Virus record (IMG/VR): IMGVR_UViG_3300008970_000001
Strand: one strand, 5' to 3'
DNA length: 54,674 nt
Source: a virus
Shown here: positions 34,473 to 41,580 of the stretch, piece by piece
Position numbering within the stretch: position 1 is the first letter of the stretch
How the letters are laid out: the number at the start of each line of letters is the position of its first letter
Translations under genes and position numbers: made by a program
The notes under the pieces: model-generated
What the model was told of the DNA's origin: nothing
The model's input: only the letters and a program-made list of their open reading frames with translations
The model's database searches: none

Positions 34473-35015
34473 TTGGGAGATTATATAGTTTGGGGTATTA
34501 TTCTGGGCATTCTATATCTCATATTCAAAAGAATCAAAACGTCACGTGAGAACAAGCATAAAGGCATTATCGCAAGAATTGATCAATTAACGGTAGTGCA
34601 AGGCGTACCAGGTACAACTGAAGGACAATCCGCATTTCTTCGCTTGTATGACGACAAGGTAACTGTGAACGATCAACAGACTATACCTTTAACGAGAATC
34701 AAAGAAGCCGTAAACTTTAGCCAGAAAGACATTGAAACCAAAAATAAAAGTGTTGTTGGAAGATCAATAATTGGGGCAGCCCTATTAGGACCATTGGGAG
34801 CTGTTGTCGGCGGGATAAGTGGAGTTGGCCAAAAGAATAAGGATATAAATACAGCGTTCCTGGCTCTCCACTATACCGATAAGGACGGAGCATCCGAAAC
34901 GGCAGTGTTCAGAAACGCTGGACCAGGGCCCTTACCATTAACTAATTTTACAAAAATCCTTAACGAGAAACTTGGTATTGTTCCGGGCTCCACCAAGCAA
35001 GCCTACGAGATTTGA
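34473..35015 (+). CDS. Membrane protein with N-terminal TM and glycine-zipper segment (moron; function unknown)
   Basis: TTG start with GAGGAG upstream. Has IVWGIILGILYLIF and IIGAALLGPLGAVVGGISGVG. Confidence 0.68.
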   Translation: MGDYIVWGIILGILYLIFKRIKTSRENKHKGIIARIDQLTVVQGVPGTTEGQSAFLRLYDDKVTVNDQQTIPLTRIKEAVNFSQKDIETKNKSVVGRSIIGAALLGPLGAVVGGISGVGQKNKDINTAFLALHYTDKDGASETAVFRNAGPGPLPLTNFTKILNEKLGIVPGSTKQAYEI

Positions 35016-35033
35016 TTAGAAACGCAACAAAAG

Positions 35034-35066
35034 GCCCCCGGCACACCCGCCGAGGGCTATTTTTTA
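35034..35066 (+). terminator. Intrinsic terminator
   Basis: GCCCCCGGC/GCCGAGGGC stem with one mismatch, followed by TATTTTTT. Confidence 0.65.
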
Positions 35067-35086
35067 TATAAAAATTTCAAAATATA

Positions 35087-35127
35087 TAGCGTTATCGCTT
35101 GACATATACCAGCGATAACGCTATAAT
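35087..35127 (+). promoter_or_regulatory. Consensus sigma-A promoter embedded in a perfect 13-bp inverted repeat
   Basis: TAGCGTTATCGCT (35087-35099) and AGCGATAACGCTA (35111-35123). TTGACA at 35099-35104, a 17-nt spacer, and TATAAT at 35122-35127. Confidence 0.8.
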
Positions 35128-35197
35128 AGTATTAACAGCAAGAGAGAAACACAAACCCGACAGCCTAGATGAGGCGGGGCGAGAAGGAGTTTTATAA

Positions 35198-35407
35198 ATG
35201 GAATATGGTAAAGATGATTTTGTGGAAATGATTAAAAACTGGCAAGTAGACAACTCTCCAAATTATGATGATTTGGTAATTGTAGGAGTGGAATTTATTG
35301 AAGATACCCAAGAATGGGCTGCAATAGCAGAAGATGAAAAAAATTCTTATTCGATAACAGATGATGGGCTGGGGAATATTGTTATCAACTATTCGGGAAC
35401 CCGCTAA
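35198..35407 (+). CDS. Small acidic hypothetical protein
   Basis: 69 aa with GAAGGAG upstream. Confidence 0.65.
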   Translation: MEYGKDDFVEMIKNWQVDNSPNYDDLVIVGVEFIEDTQEWAAIAEDEKNSYSITDDGLGNIVINYSGTR

Positions 35408-35428
35408 TATAAAGGAGTCGAGGGTTAA

Positions 35429-35647
35429 ATGAGCTTAAAATTGTCTGTAAATATTATCAACGAAGTTCTCACAGGCCCAGAAGCTGCAGCAGAATGGGGA
35501 CTTGCGGAGTCTACCGTGCGAAATGCGGCTGCTGCCGGGAAGTTTGAATCATACGAAGCGCGAAGAGCAGGTAAGAACTGGCTTATTACCAGGGATGGTA
35601 TGCAACGAGTATTTGGCCCAGAACGCAAAAAAGCCCCCTCCAATTAA
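35429..35647 (+). CDS. Small HTH DNA-binding protein
   Basis: PEAAAEWGLAESTVRNAAAAGKF is a helix-turn-helix. AAGGAG lies upstream. Confidence 0.68.
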   Translation: MSLKLSVNIINEVLTGPEAAAEWGLAESTVRNAAAAGKFESYEARRAGKNWLITRDGMQRVFGPERKKAPSN

Positions 35648-35658
35648 GGAGAGGGCTT
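35631..35658. terminator. Bidirectional terminator between convergent genes
   Basis: AAGCCCCCTCC/GGAGAGGGCTT stem with one mismatch, flanked by an A-run and a T-run. Confidence 0.55.
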
Positions 35659-35666
35659 TGCGTCTC

Positions 35667-35867
35667 TTATCTAATTTCACGATCTGCCTTAATCCGGCCA
35701 TAGATCGCTAACAGTCCACCAGCTGCCGTTGCGATAACCACGATACACTCGGCAATCTGGTCCTGTGTATCTGCGTCAATGACAATTCCAAACGCTCCGG
35801 CGGCCGCCGCTCCTACTGCGATTAGGCCACCCCATACAGTTTTTGATTCGTACCATTTTTTTTGCAT
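35667..35867 (-). CDS. Small two-TM membrane protein (holin/antiholin-like)
   Basis: GAGGAGG lies 8 nt upstream of the ATG at 35867. It has two hydrophobic segments and a charged C-terminus, and is the last gene of the lysis cluster. Confidence 0.55.
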   Translation of the reverse strand: MQKKWYESKTVWGGLIAVGAAAAGAFGIVIDADTQDQIAECIVVIATAAGGLLAIYGRIKADREIR

Positions 35868-35912
35868 GTCATTTTCCTCCTCTTTCATTTTGGCAATCGC
35901 TTGCCGATTTGG

Positions 35913-36185
35913 TTAATCTATATCTCCCAAGTCCAGCGTCTGCCCTGCTAACTCATGAAAACAGTCTGATAAGAACTGGATCTTCCCATCTGTTACAAAA
36001 CTATGGCAGCGTGATTCTGCTCTGTCTTTGTTTACTAGCATGGACGGGGAAAATGTTGGTTTCTCAAAATCACTATTAAAAGCCCACCTATCATCAAAAA
36101 CGTGATGGCATTTACATCCCTGGCAGTAGATTATATAACCTCCGTGATCCCCATTTGAGGTTAAGATTTCTTCTGCTTTAGGCAT
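35913..36185 (-). CDS. Conserved small Cys/His-rich protein
   Basis: 90 aa with CQGCKCHH...CHSF...CFHE. Confidence 0.6.
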   Translation of the reverse strand: MPKAEEILTSNGDHGGYIIYCQGCKCHHVFDDRWAFNSDFEKPTFSPSMLVNKDRAESRCHSFVTDGKIQFLSDCFHELAGQTLDLGDID

Positions 36186-36197
36186 GATCTTTCTCCT

Positions 36198-37739
36198 TTA
36201 CGCTAAATCCATAATCTTTGCGGCAAAACCTAATTTGTTGATATCTTTAATAGCTTGGGGTGCCAACGACTTATAACACCGAACACTTAAGTGGATATCA
36301 TAATCTTCTGCAGAAGCCACAGGCGGCACTACAACAGGTGCAACGACCAAAGCTTTATAACTATAGCCGAAATAGTCGCAAACGCCCATATAGAGCTTTT
36401 GAGCGATTGTCTGATGATTATAGGCCAACCATGTTGCCTCAGATTGGTTGTCATGGAAAGCCAGCTCGATTAAAGCTGAGGTAGCATTTACTAAAACGCC
36501 AACCTCAACTAGTTTTGGATTATACTTGACTCCCCGATCTGCACCTGGGCTTAGTGGGGCAATCTGGTCATAGAAGCATTTCCCCAGTCGCTCAGAGTTA
36601 GTCCCCGGACCATAAGCAAAGACCTCTGTCCCAACTCCACCACCGGCATTACTGTGGATAGCAACGTGGATATCTGCTTTGAAGTTGTTTGAGTCATCAG
36701 CACATTGATAAGGAGTCATCGAAGGGTAATTTCGCTTAAACTCGAATCGTCCATCATTATCTAGTAGTTGCATGAGGATGTCAGCAATTGCATTCATTTC
36801 TTTCTCTTCTGTAGAGAATGGAGATACGCCGCGATTCGCCTCTTGAGTTGATGGTGAAATATATATCCTTGGCATACAGATAACCTCCTTCTCTTTTATT
36901 GGTTCAGGGATGGGAAGAGGATCCACAGGAAGAGGTATGATAGGAACTGGATCCACAACAGGTATTGTTGCAGGCAAACAAAAAAGGCCGTGACCGCTTG
37001 TATCGTCACGCCCTAGCTCGTATATGTCTCTGCTACTACTCTTTATAAGGTCAAGTGTTTCCTCTGTGTTCAGGGTGCCTTTCCAGTCGCTATAACATAA
37101 CAACTCTCCCACGGACACCGGAGTAGCGTAACTCGTCCCGGATGGTATCCATATCTTACCCTCATCATTTACAATAGCCACATAATCAGGGCATACAGCA
37201 GTAAGTTTAGGACCCTTGTTACTAAACCCATCGACCTTGGTTCCTGTTTTGTCAGTGGAGCCTATGGCAATAGTAAAATCATATCTAGCAGGATAGCTTA
37301 CATGATCCGTGTAGCCATCATTGCCCGCGCCACAGACCATCACGATTCCATACTTTTCGCACAGAGCCTGATATCTTAGGTAATCAGGGGCAGTCATGCC
37401 ACTTATCCCCGCCATGCTAACATTGATGATATTGGCCTTGCCCTGCTTGGCTAATTCCTCTACCTTATTAAACACTGCATCTTTGTTTCGAGTGTTGTCA
37501 AAGTAAAGGATTTTGGCATCAGGCGCTATTTCATGGATCGTCTGCCCTACATTTGTTCCGTGCCCTGATTCAGTAGCCGTGCCGAATACATCAGTGTAGT
37601 AAGACTCCATCCCTTTGCGCGGCTTACCTTTAGCCCCATCTAATATGACAGCTACTTTGTTTTTACCCGTATAACCTGCTTTATGCCACTTATCGACATT
37701 GAGTAGTTTTCTGACCGCATCATTTTGTTTGAGCATCAT
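36198..37739 (-). CDS. Endolysin: N-terminal subtilisin-like S8 peptidase fused to N-acetylmuramoyl-L-alanine amidase (Amidase_3)
   Basis: S8 triad context: VAVILDG, SGHGTNVG, GAGNDG, SGTSYATP. A Pro-rich linker follows, then HVAIHSNAGGG, GTEVF and LIELAFHDN. The start overlaps the holin stop. Confidence 0.85.
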   Translation of the reverse strand: MMLKQNDAVRKLLNVDKWHKAGYTGKNKVAVILDGAKGKPRKGMESYYTDVFGTATESGHGTNVGQTIHEIAPDAKILYFDNTRNKDAVFNKVEELAKQGKANIINVSMAGISGMTAPDYLRYQALCEKYGIVMVCGAGNDGYTDHVSYPARYDFTIAIGSTDKTGTKVDGFSNKGPKLTAVCPDYVAIVNDEGKIWIPSGTSYATPVSVGELLCYSDWKGTLNTEETLDLIKSSSRDIYELGRDDTSGHGLFCLPATIPVVDPVPIIPLPVDPLPIPEPIKEKEVICMPRIYISPSTQEANRGVSPFSTEEKEMNAIADILMQLLDNDGRFEFKRNYPSMTPYQCADDSNNFKADIHVAIHSNAGGGVGTEVFAYGPGTNSERLGKCFYDQIAPLSPGADRGVKYNPKLVEVGVLVNATSALIELAFHDNQSEATWLAYNHQTIAQKLYMGVCDYFGYSYKALVVAPVVVPPVASAEDYDIHLSVRCYKSLAPQAIKDINKLGFAAKIMDLA

Positions 37740-38143
37740 TTCCCTTCACCTTTCTCCTGCAGTTGAGTGAGTACCTTCGTAATTCCAGGAGGCAACGGAA
37801 CCCCGAGGATCCCTAAGTTTTCGGTAACAGAAACACCTTCACGGGCAACATAAAAGTAAATAGCAAGTGTCCTGAGGACCGGATCTGAGTTGCCAAGCAT
37901 TTCATCTAAATTTACGGCGATAGCCAGCACAACGAGGATAATACATTTTCTGATGCCACCCCAAAACATTACTTCGCTGTCAACCTTATGGCTCTTGATA
38001 GCCCCCAGAAACCCTGTTGCATAGTCTACAACCATCAATAGGACCAAACACCTTAGGGCAACATCCCAACCACCTAGCCAATAGCTTACAAACGTGCTTA
38101 TCGCGGCAAATGCGGTGCTAAAACTAATCTCTCTTGTGTTCAT
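37736..38143 (-). CDS. Holin (Phage_holin_4_1/TcdE-like)
   Basis: 135 aa with about 3-4 TM segments. It lies directly upstream of the endolysin with an ATGA overlap. Confidence 0.78.
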   Translation of the reverse strand: MNTREISFSTAFAAISTFVSYWLGGWDVALRCLVLLMVVDYATGFLGAIKSHKVDSEVMFWGGIRKCIILVVLAIAVNLDEMLGNSDPVLRTLAIYFYVAREGVSVTENLGILGVPLPPGITKVLTQLQEKGEGK

Positions 38144-38270
38144 GCTTCGCCTCCTTTTTGTGTTACCCGTGTGAGCCCCAGCGCCCTACTCCGCTGTCAC
38201 CCCTCAGCGTTTCGGGCATGATTTGGGGCATAAAAAGACCGCCCCGATGGACGGAAAAATAAACTATATT

Positions 38271-38316
38271 GAAATAAAGAACGCTGAGGCTTAACCCTCA
38301 GCGTTCTTTTCTTTTT
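38271..38316. terminator. Strong bidirectional terminator (12-bp stem)
   Basis: AGAACGCTGAGG-cttaac-CCTCAGCGTTCT, flanked by an A-run and a T-run. It contains the stop codon of the RHH gene. Confidence 0.7.
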
Positions 38317-38452
38317 CTGTCATCACGTTAACAATTACGCTAACTGTGCACTTTTGCTTTTCTGCCTTATCCTGTAACCACGCTAGTAATTCTGGTTCGA
38401 AATATATCGCTTCACGAATTTTCTTATCTGACTTAGGTGGTCTTCCTGCCAT
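38291..38452 (-). CDS. Ribbon-helix-helix (CopG/Arc-like) regulator (53 aa)
   Basis: GAAGGAG lies 8 nt upstream of the ATG. Sequence is MAGRPPKSDKKIREAIYFEPELLAWLQDKAEKQKCTVSVIVNVM.... The ORF is below the ORF-track cutoff. Confidence 0.6.
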   Translation of the reverse strand: MAGRPPKSDKKIREAIYFEPELLAWLQDKAEKQKCTVSVIVNVMTEKEKNAEG

Positions 38453-38477
38453 AATAATCACTCCTTCAAAGTGATTT

Positions 38478-38547
38478 TATAGCATTTAAAAATATTTTGC
38501 AATACCCTTATTTATCTATTGTATAGCATTTAAAAGCATGCTATAAT
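38478..38547 (+). promoter_or_regulatory. Divergent promoter/operator region
   Basis: TATAGCATTTAAAA occurs twice (38478-38491 and 38522-38535). Inverted repeat TATAGCAT/ATGCTATA spans 38522-38545. TTGTAT, a 17-nt spacer, and TATAAT (38542-38547). Confidence 0.6.
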
Positions 38548-38579
38548 AAGACATAATCAAATTTGAGGGGGGAACGAAG

Positions 38580-38894
38580 ATGAAAGATATCATATTCAAG
38601 TATAAACCAGCACCAGAAAAGTCCGTCAGACAACTAAGCGATGCCGAAATCTTCACTATGCTGAACAACGGAAGGTTTGACCCCGATGCCGATCTAGCCC
38701 GAAAGCAACATAGGGAGCACGAAGCTGGCCATATCCACGCAAAAATTCATAAAAACATATATGGATGGTGCTTATTTGACCCTTACTGGGGAGGAAGGCG
38801 TATTAGTGAAAACTTCTCGACGCAAGAACTTGCTGAAGAGCACGCACGGAAATGGGTCACTAAAGATCCCGAGAAAAATCATTTTTACGAATAA
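38580..38894 (+). CDS. Hypothetical protein
   Basis: 104 aa with GAGGGGGG upstream. Confidence 0.65.
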   Translation: MKDIIFKYKPAPEKSVRQLSDAEIFTMLNNGRFDPDADLARKQHREHEAGHIHAKIHKNIYGWCLFDPYWGGRRISENFSTQELAEEHARKWVTKDPEKNHFYE

Positions 38895-38953
38895 ACTAAA
38901 GCCGAGCCGAGCCGGGCGGCCAATCCCGGCGCAAAGGGAAAGAAGGAGAATAT

Positions 38954-39160
38954 ATGTTTTTCTTAGAAACTATTCACATCGATTGTTTCGACGATGCAGT
39001 TCCTATTGCAGATTGGGTTCAGATGAATAAATTAGCCAACGAGCAGACTGATGAATATAGGTACATCGGTAATAGCTTTGGCGATGATCGTCGGGTGTAC
39101 GCACTCTTTGTCAATGCTAGAGCCGATTATAAACGCATAGCAGTACTGATTAACAGATAA
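38954..39160 (+). CDS. Hypothetical protein
   Basis: 68 aa with AGAAGGAG upstream. Confidence 0.6.
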   Translation: MFFLETIHIDCFDDAVPIADWVQMNKLANEQTDEYRYIGNSFGDDRRVYALFVNARADYKRIAVLINR

Positions 39161-39233
39161 CCCCGCCTGACGACACTGAGAGAGGATAACCCCAAGGCCG
39201 GCCGTGGCCAATACCGGCGGAAGGAGGAATAAA

Positions 39234-39539
39234 ATGAAAAACTTTAAACCCGTAATGGAGCTCATTGGCCTATCGATTTTGATTAACGAAAACACCGATT
39301 ATTGCTCTTTCGTTGATTTCTCGGGTCATGTTGACAAGGTTAAAATCAGAGTCTACAAGTCAAGGGAGCTCTGCATGGAGCAATCAGGCCGTTTATATGT
39401 TGCCGATATGTATTACAATGCCACAGAATGGCAAAGCGAGGAACAAATACTCTCAGAGTTTGAGGAGGCGAAGAGGATCCTGTCTGACTACTTGTATCAT
39501 CTAGACGATTTAGAGCAAATAGAAAGCACCCGTCCCTAA
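39234..39539 (+). CDS. Hypothetical protein
   Basis: GGAAGGAGGA lies upstream of the ATG at 39234, which is internal to track ORF 39204-39539. Confidence 0.6.
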   Translation: MKNFKPVMELIGLSILINENTDYCSFVDFSGHVDKVKIRVYKSRELCMEQSGRLYVADMYYNATEWQSEEQILSEFEEAKRILSDYLYHLDDLEQIESTRP

Positions 39540-39684
39540 GCCTGGCAGCCTAGACGAGTGCTTAAGAATAACACCGGAGTGTCCTGGTTATTATACCACG
39601 GCGCTCCGGTCGACAAAAGAGGAGTGAGTTAACATAGCAACACAACTACTTAGTTCAACCGCTGAGATCCTACTGGATCAGATC

Positions 39685-40629
39685 ATGGACGCCGTTACCG
39701 AAGTGGACAAGCCTGACCTCCAACAATCACTCTCCGTAATCTTAGCCCAGTACGATATCAAGCCAGCTTTAGTCCCTCACGGCCACCCCGACTTACAACA
39801 AAAAATAAAACTCTTCCTCGCTGGCAAAAAACTCGAAGGGCTTAGTCAGTTAACTCTCGACAGCTACGAGTTGGAGTTAAAGATCTTCGCTGAGCATGTT
39901 CATAAGGCCACAGACGATATAACTACAGGAGATATTCGCACTTACCTGAGCGAGTGGGATCATCTTAAGGCATCCTCCCTCTCAAAGCGTCTATCCGTTT
40001 TGAAAAGCATGTTCGGATGGCTCGCGAATGAAGAGATCCTTTCTCGTGATCCGACAAAGCGTATTAAGCCACCGAAGAAAGAGCAACGCGTACCCAAGGC
40101 CTTGACGATCGAAGAGTTGGAGATGATCCGCGAAGCTTGTGTCACACCGCGAGAACGAGCGATGATCGAAGTCTACTATGCGACAGGTGCCCGGCTATCA
40201 GAAGTACAACAACTGAACCGAGAGGACATTGATTATCAGTCTATGTCAGTCCAGGTAGTCGGCAAGGGGAACAAGGAGCGCACCGTTTACTTTAGTTTTA
40301 AAGCATCCTATCATCTTAAAAAGTACCTCATGCGCCGACTAGATGATGTGGACGCACTGTTTGTTACCCAACGCAGACCATATCGGAGGCTATCGAACAA
40401 AGGCATCCAGCGAGAGATCAAGATTATTGCCGCACGGTCTGAGGTTAAGAAAAACGTCCATCCACATATATTCCGCCACACTTTCGCAACTTTGATGCTC
40501 AATAATGGCGCGGATCTGGTAGCGGTGCAGGGATTACTCGGACACACCAACCCAGCCACGACATTGATCTATTCGGTTCTATCCGACGAAAAACGAAAAC
40601 AATCACATAAGCAATACCTAGTTCAGTAA
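39685..40629 (+). CDS. Second tyrosine recombinase, XerC/XerD-like
   Basis: Has a SAM-like N-domain, ATGARLSEV (Arg), HIFRHTFAT (H-x-x-R) and LGHTNPATTLIYSVL (His...Tyr). Confidence 0.9.
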   Translation: MDAVTEVDKPDLQQSLSVILAQYDIKPALVPHGHPDLQQKIKLFLAGKKLEGLSQLTLDSYELELKIFAEHVHKATDDITTGDIRTYLSEWDHLKASSLSKRLSVLKSMFGWLANEEILSRDPTKRIKPPKKEQRVPKALTIEELEMIREACVTPRERAMIEVYYATGARLSEVQQLNREDIDYQSMSVQVVGKGNKERTVYFSFKASYHLKKYLMRRLDDVDALFVTQRRPYRRLSNKGIQREIKIIAARSEVKKNVHPHIFRHTFATLMLNNGADLVAVQGLLGHTNPATTLIYSVLSDEKRKQSHKQYLVQ

Positions 40630-40653
40630 CGTCCTTCGGGGCGTTTCTTTTTT
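40628..40653 (+). terminator. Intrinsic terminator with TTCG tetraloop
   Basis: AACGTCC-TTCG-GGGCGTT followed by TCTTTTTT. Confidence 0.75.
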
Positions 40654-40655
40654 AA

Positions 40656-40701
40656 TTTACAGGGTTTTCCTCTCTTGTGTCGAAATTGGTAGTTGTCCAG
40701 A
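40656..40701 (+). promoter_or_regulatory. Conserved element, copy 3
   Basis: Sequence is TTTACAGGGTTTTCCTCTCTTGTGTCGAAATTGGTAGTTGTCCAGA. It starts 94 nt upstream of the ATG at 40750. Confidence 0.6.
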
Positions 40702-40749
40702 CTAACCTATCCCGGCCAGAGGGGGGATCTATTTTTAGGGAGGAATAGT

Positions 40750-41292
40750 ATGAGTTTCGAAGATGAATTAGCCAAGCGTACCGCAAATGCCCGAGAAACG
40801 ATAAATCAACAAGAGGAAGAGTCGAAGATAAGAGCAAAGAAGGCAATGGCCACTGACAAAATTATTTTAGAAACAAAAGAACTCATAGAGTCGGAATTTG
40901 CTACTGTGGCCAAGTATTACCGCAATGCTAAGGTTCATCCTACACATGACATCGAAAAAGGCCAAGTCGTTGCACACTTCGGAACGTTTACCTGCAGCAT
41001 TTTAGAATGTGCAGCAGATAAGGACTTTAACTTCCCACTACCTGTTATATTTGCAATTCAAGTTATTCCTGCTGATGACCTAAACAACCTAAGGCTCACT
41101 AGCGCTCATCTCATTAATCGGGGAAATACTAAAAATGTATATTCCGATTTATTGAGTATCCTTAGGGACCAGGCAAGGCTAAACAATTATTGCTACGATG
41201 GCTCTATTGATAAAAAATTAATTTCAGAAAGTATCAAGGCAGAAGTTATCCGCCTGATCGACAAAGCCCAAAGTGAGCTAAACCCTCATTAG
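40750..41292 (+). CDS. Hypothetical protein (180 aa)
   Basis: AGGGAGG lies upstream of the ATG at 40750, which is an in-frame internal start of track ORF 40693-41292. Confidence 0.62.
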   Translation: MSFEDELAKRTANARETINQQEEESKIRAKKAMATDKIILETKELIESEFATVAKYYRNAKVHPTHDIEKGQVVAHFGTFTCSILECAADKDFNFPLPVIFAIQVIPADDLNNLRLTSAHLINRGNTKNVYSDLLSILRDQARLNNYCYDGSIDKKLISESIKAEVIRLIDKAQSELNPH

Positions 41293-41485
41293 AGGAAACT
41301 AGACGAACCATTTCTTTATTAATGCTCTCTGTTGCCTCAGAAATAGCATTAGTTAGTAATGAAATCGGTTGCCCGACTAGGTCCTCGGAATGGTTTATTC
41401 TCGCAGTTAATTGAACCGATGTTCCCCCTTTAACGTGAATGGTAGTCTGGATATCTACCCCGTTGGCAACTTCAACAATGGGCAT
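41246..41485 (-). CDS. Hypothetical protein
   Basis: 79 aa with GGAGG 11 nt upstream of the ATG. Its 3' end overlaps the convergent gene by 47 nt. Confidence 0.5.
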   Translation of the reverse strand: MPIVEVANGVDIQTTIHVKGGTSVQLTARINHSEDLVGQPISLLTNAISEATESINKEMVRLVSSNEGLAHFGLCRSGG

Positions 41486-41580
41486 TTTTTATTCGACCTC
41501 CTTAAATATGGTAAATACTTAAGCCCTAGGATTATTAACCGAGGGCTTTGCTTACTGCGCATAATGGGTCAAATGTGACA

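Noticed and set aside
29056-40701. Conserved elements 1 and 3 as direct-repeat excision sites for the 11.6-kb segment between them
   Set aside because: Excision would remove the lysogeny, lysis and recombinase genes together, which makes no obvious biological sense. The elements lack the inverted-arm core geometry of tyrosine-recombinase sites. The idea is retained only as a minor alternative in the main finding.
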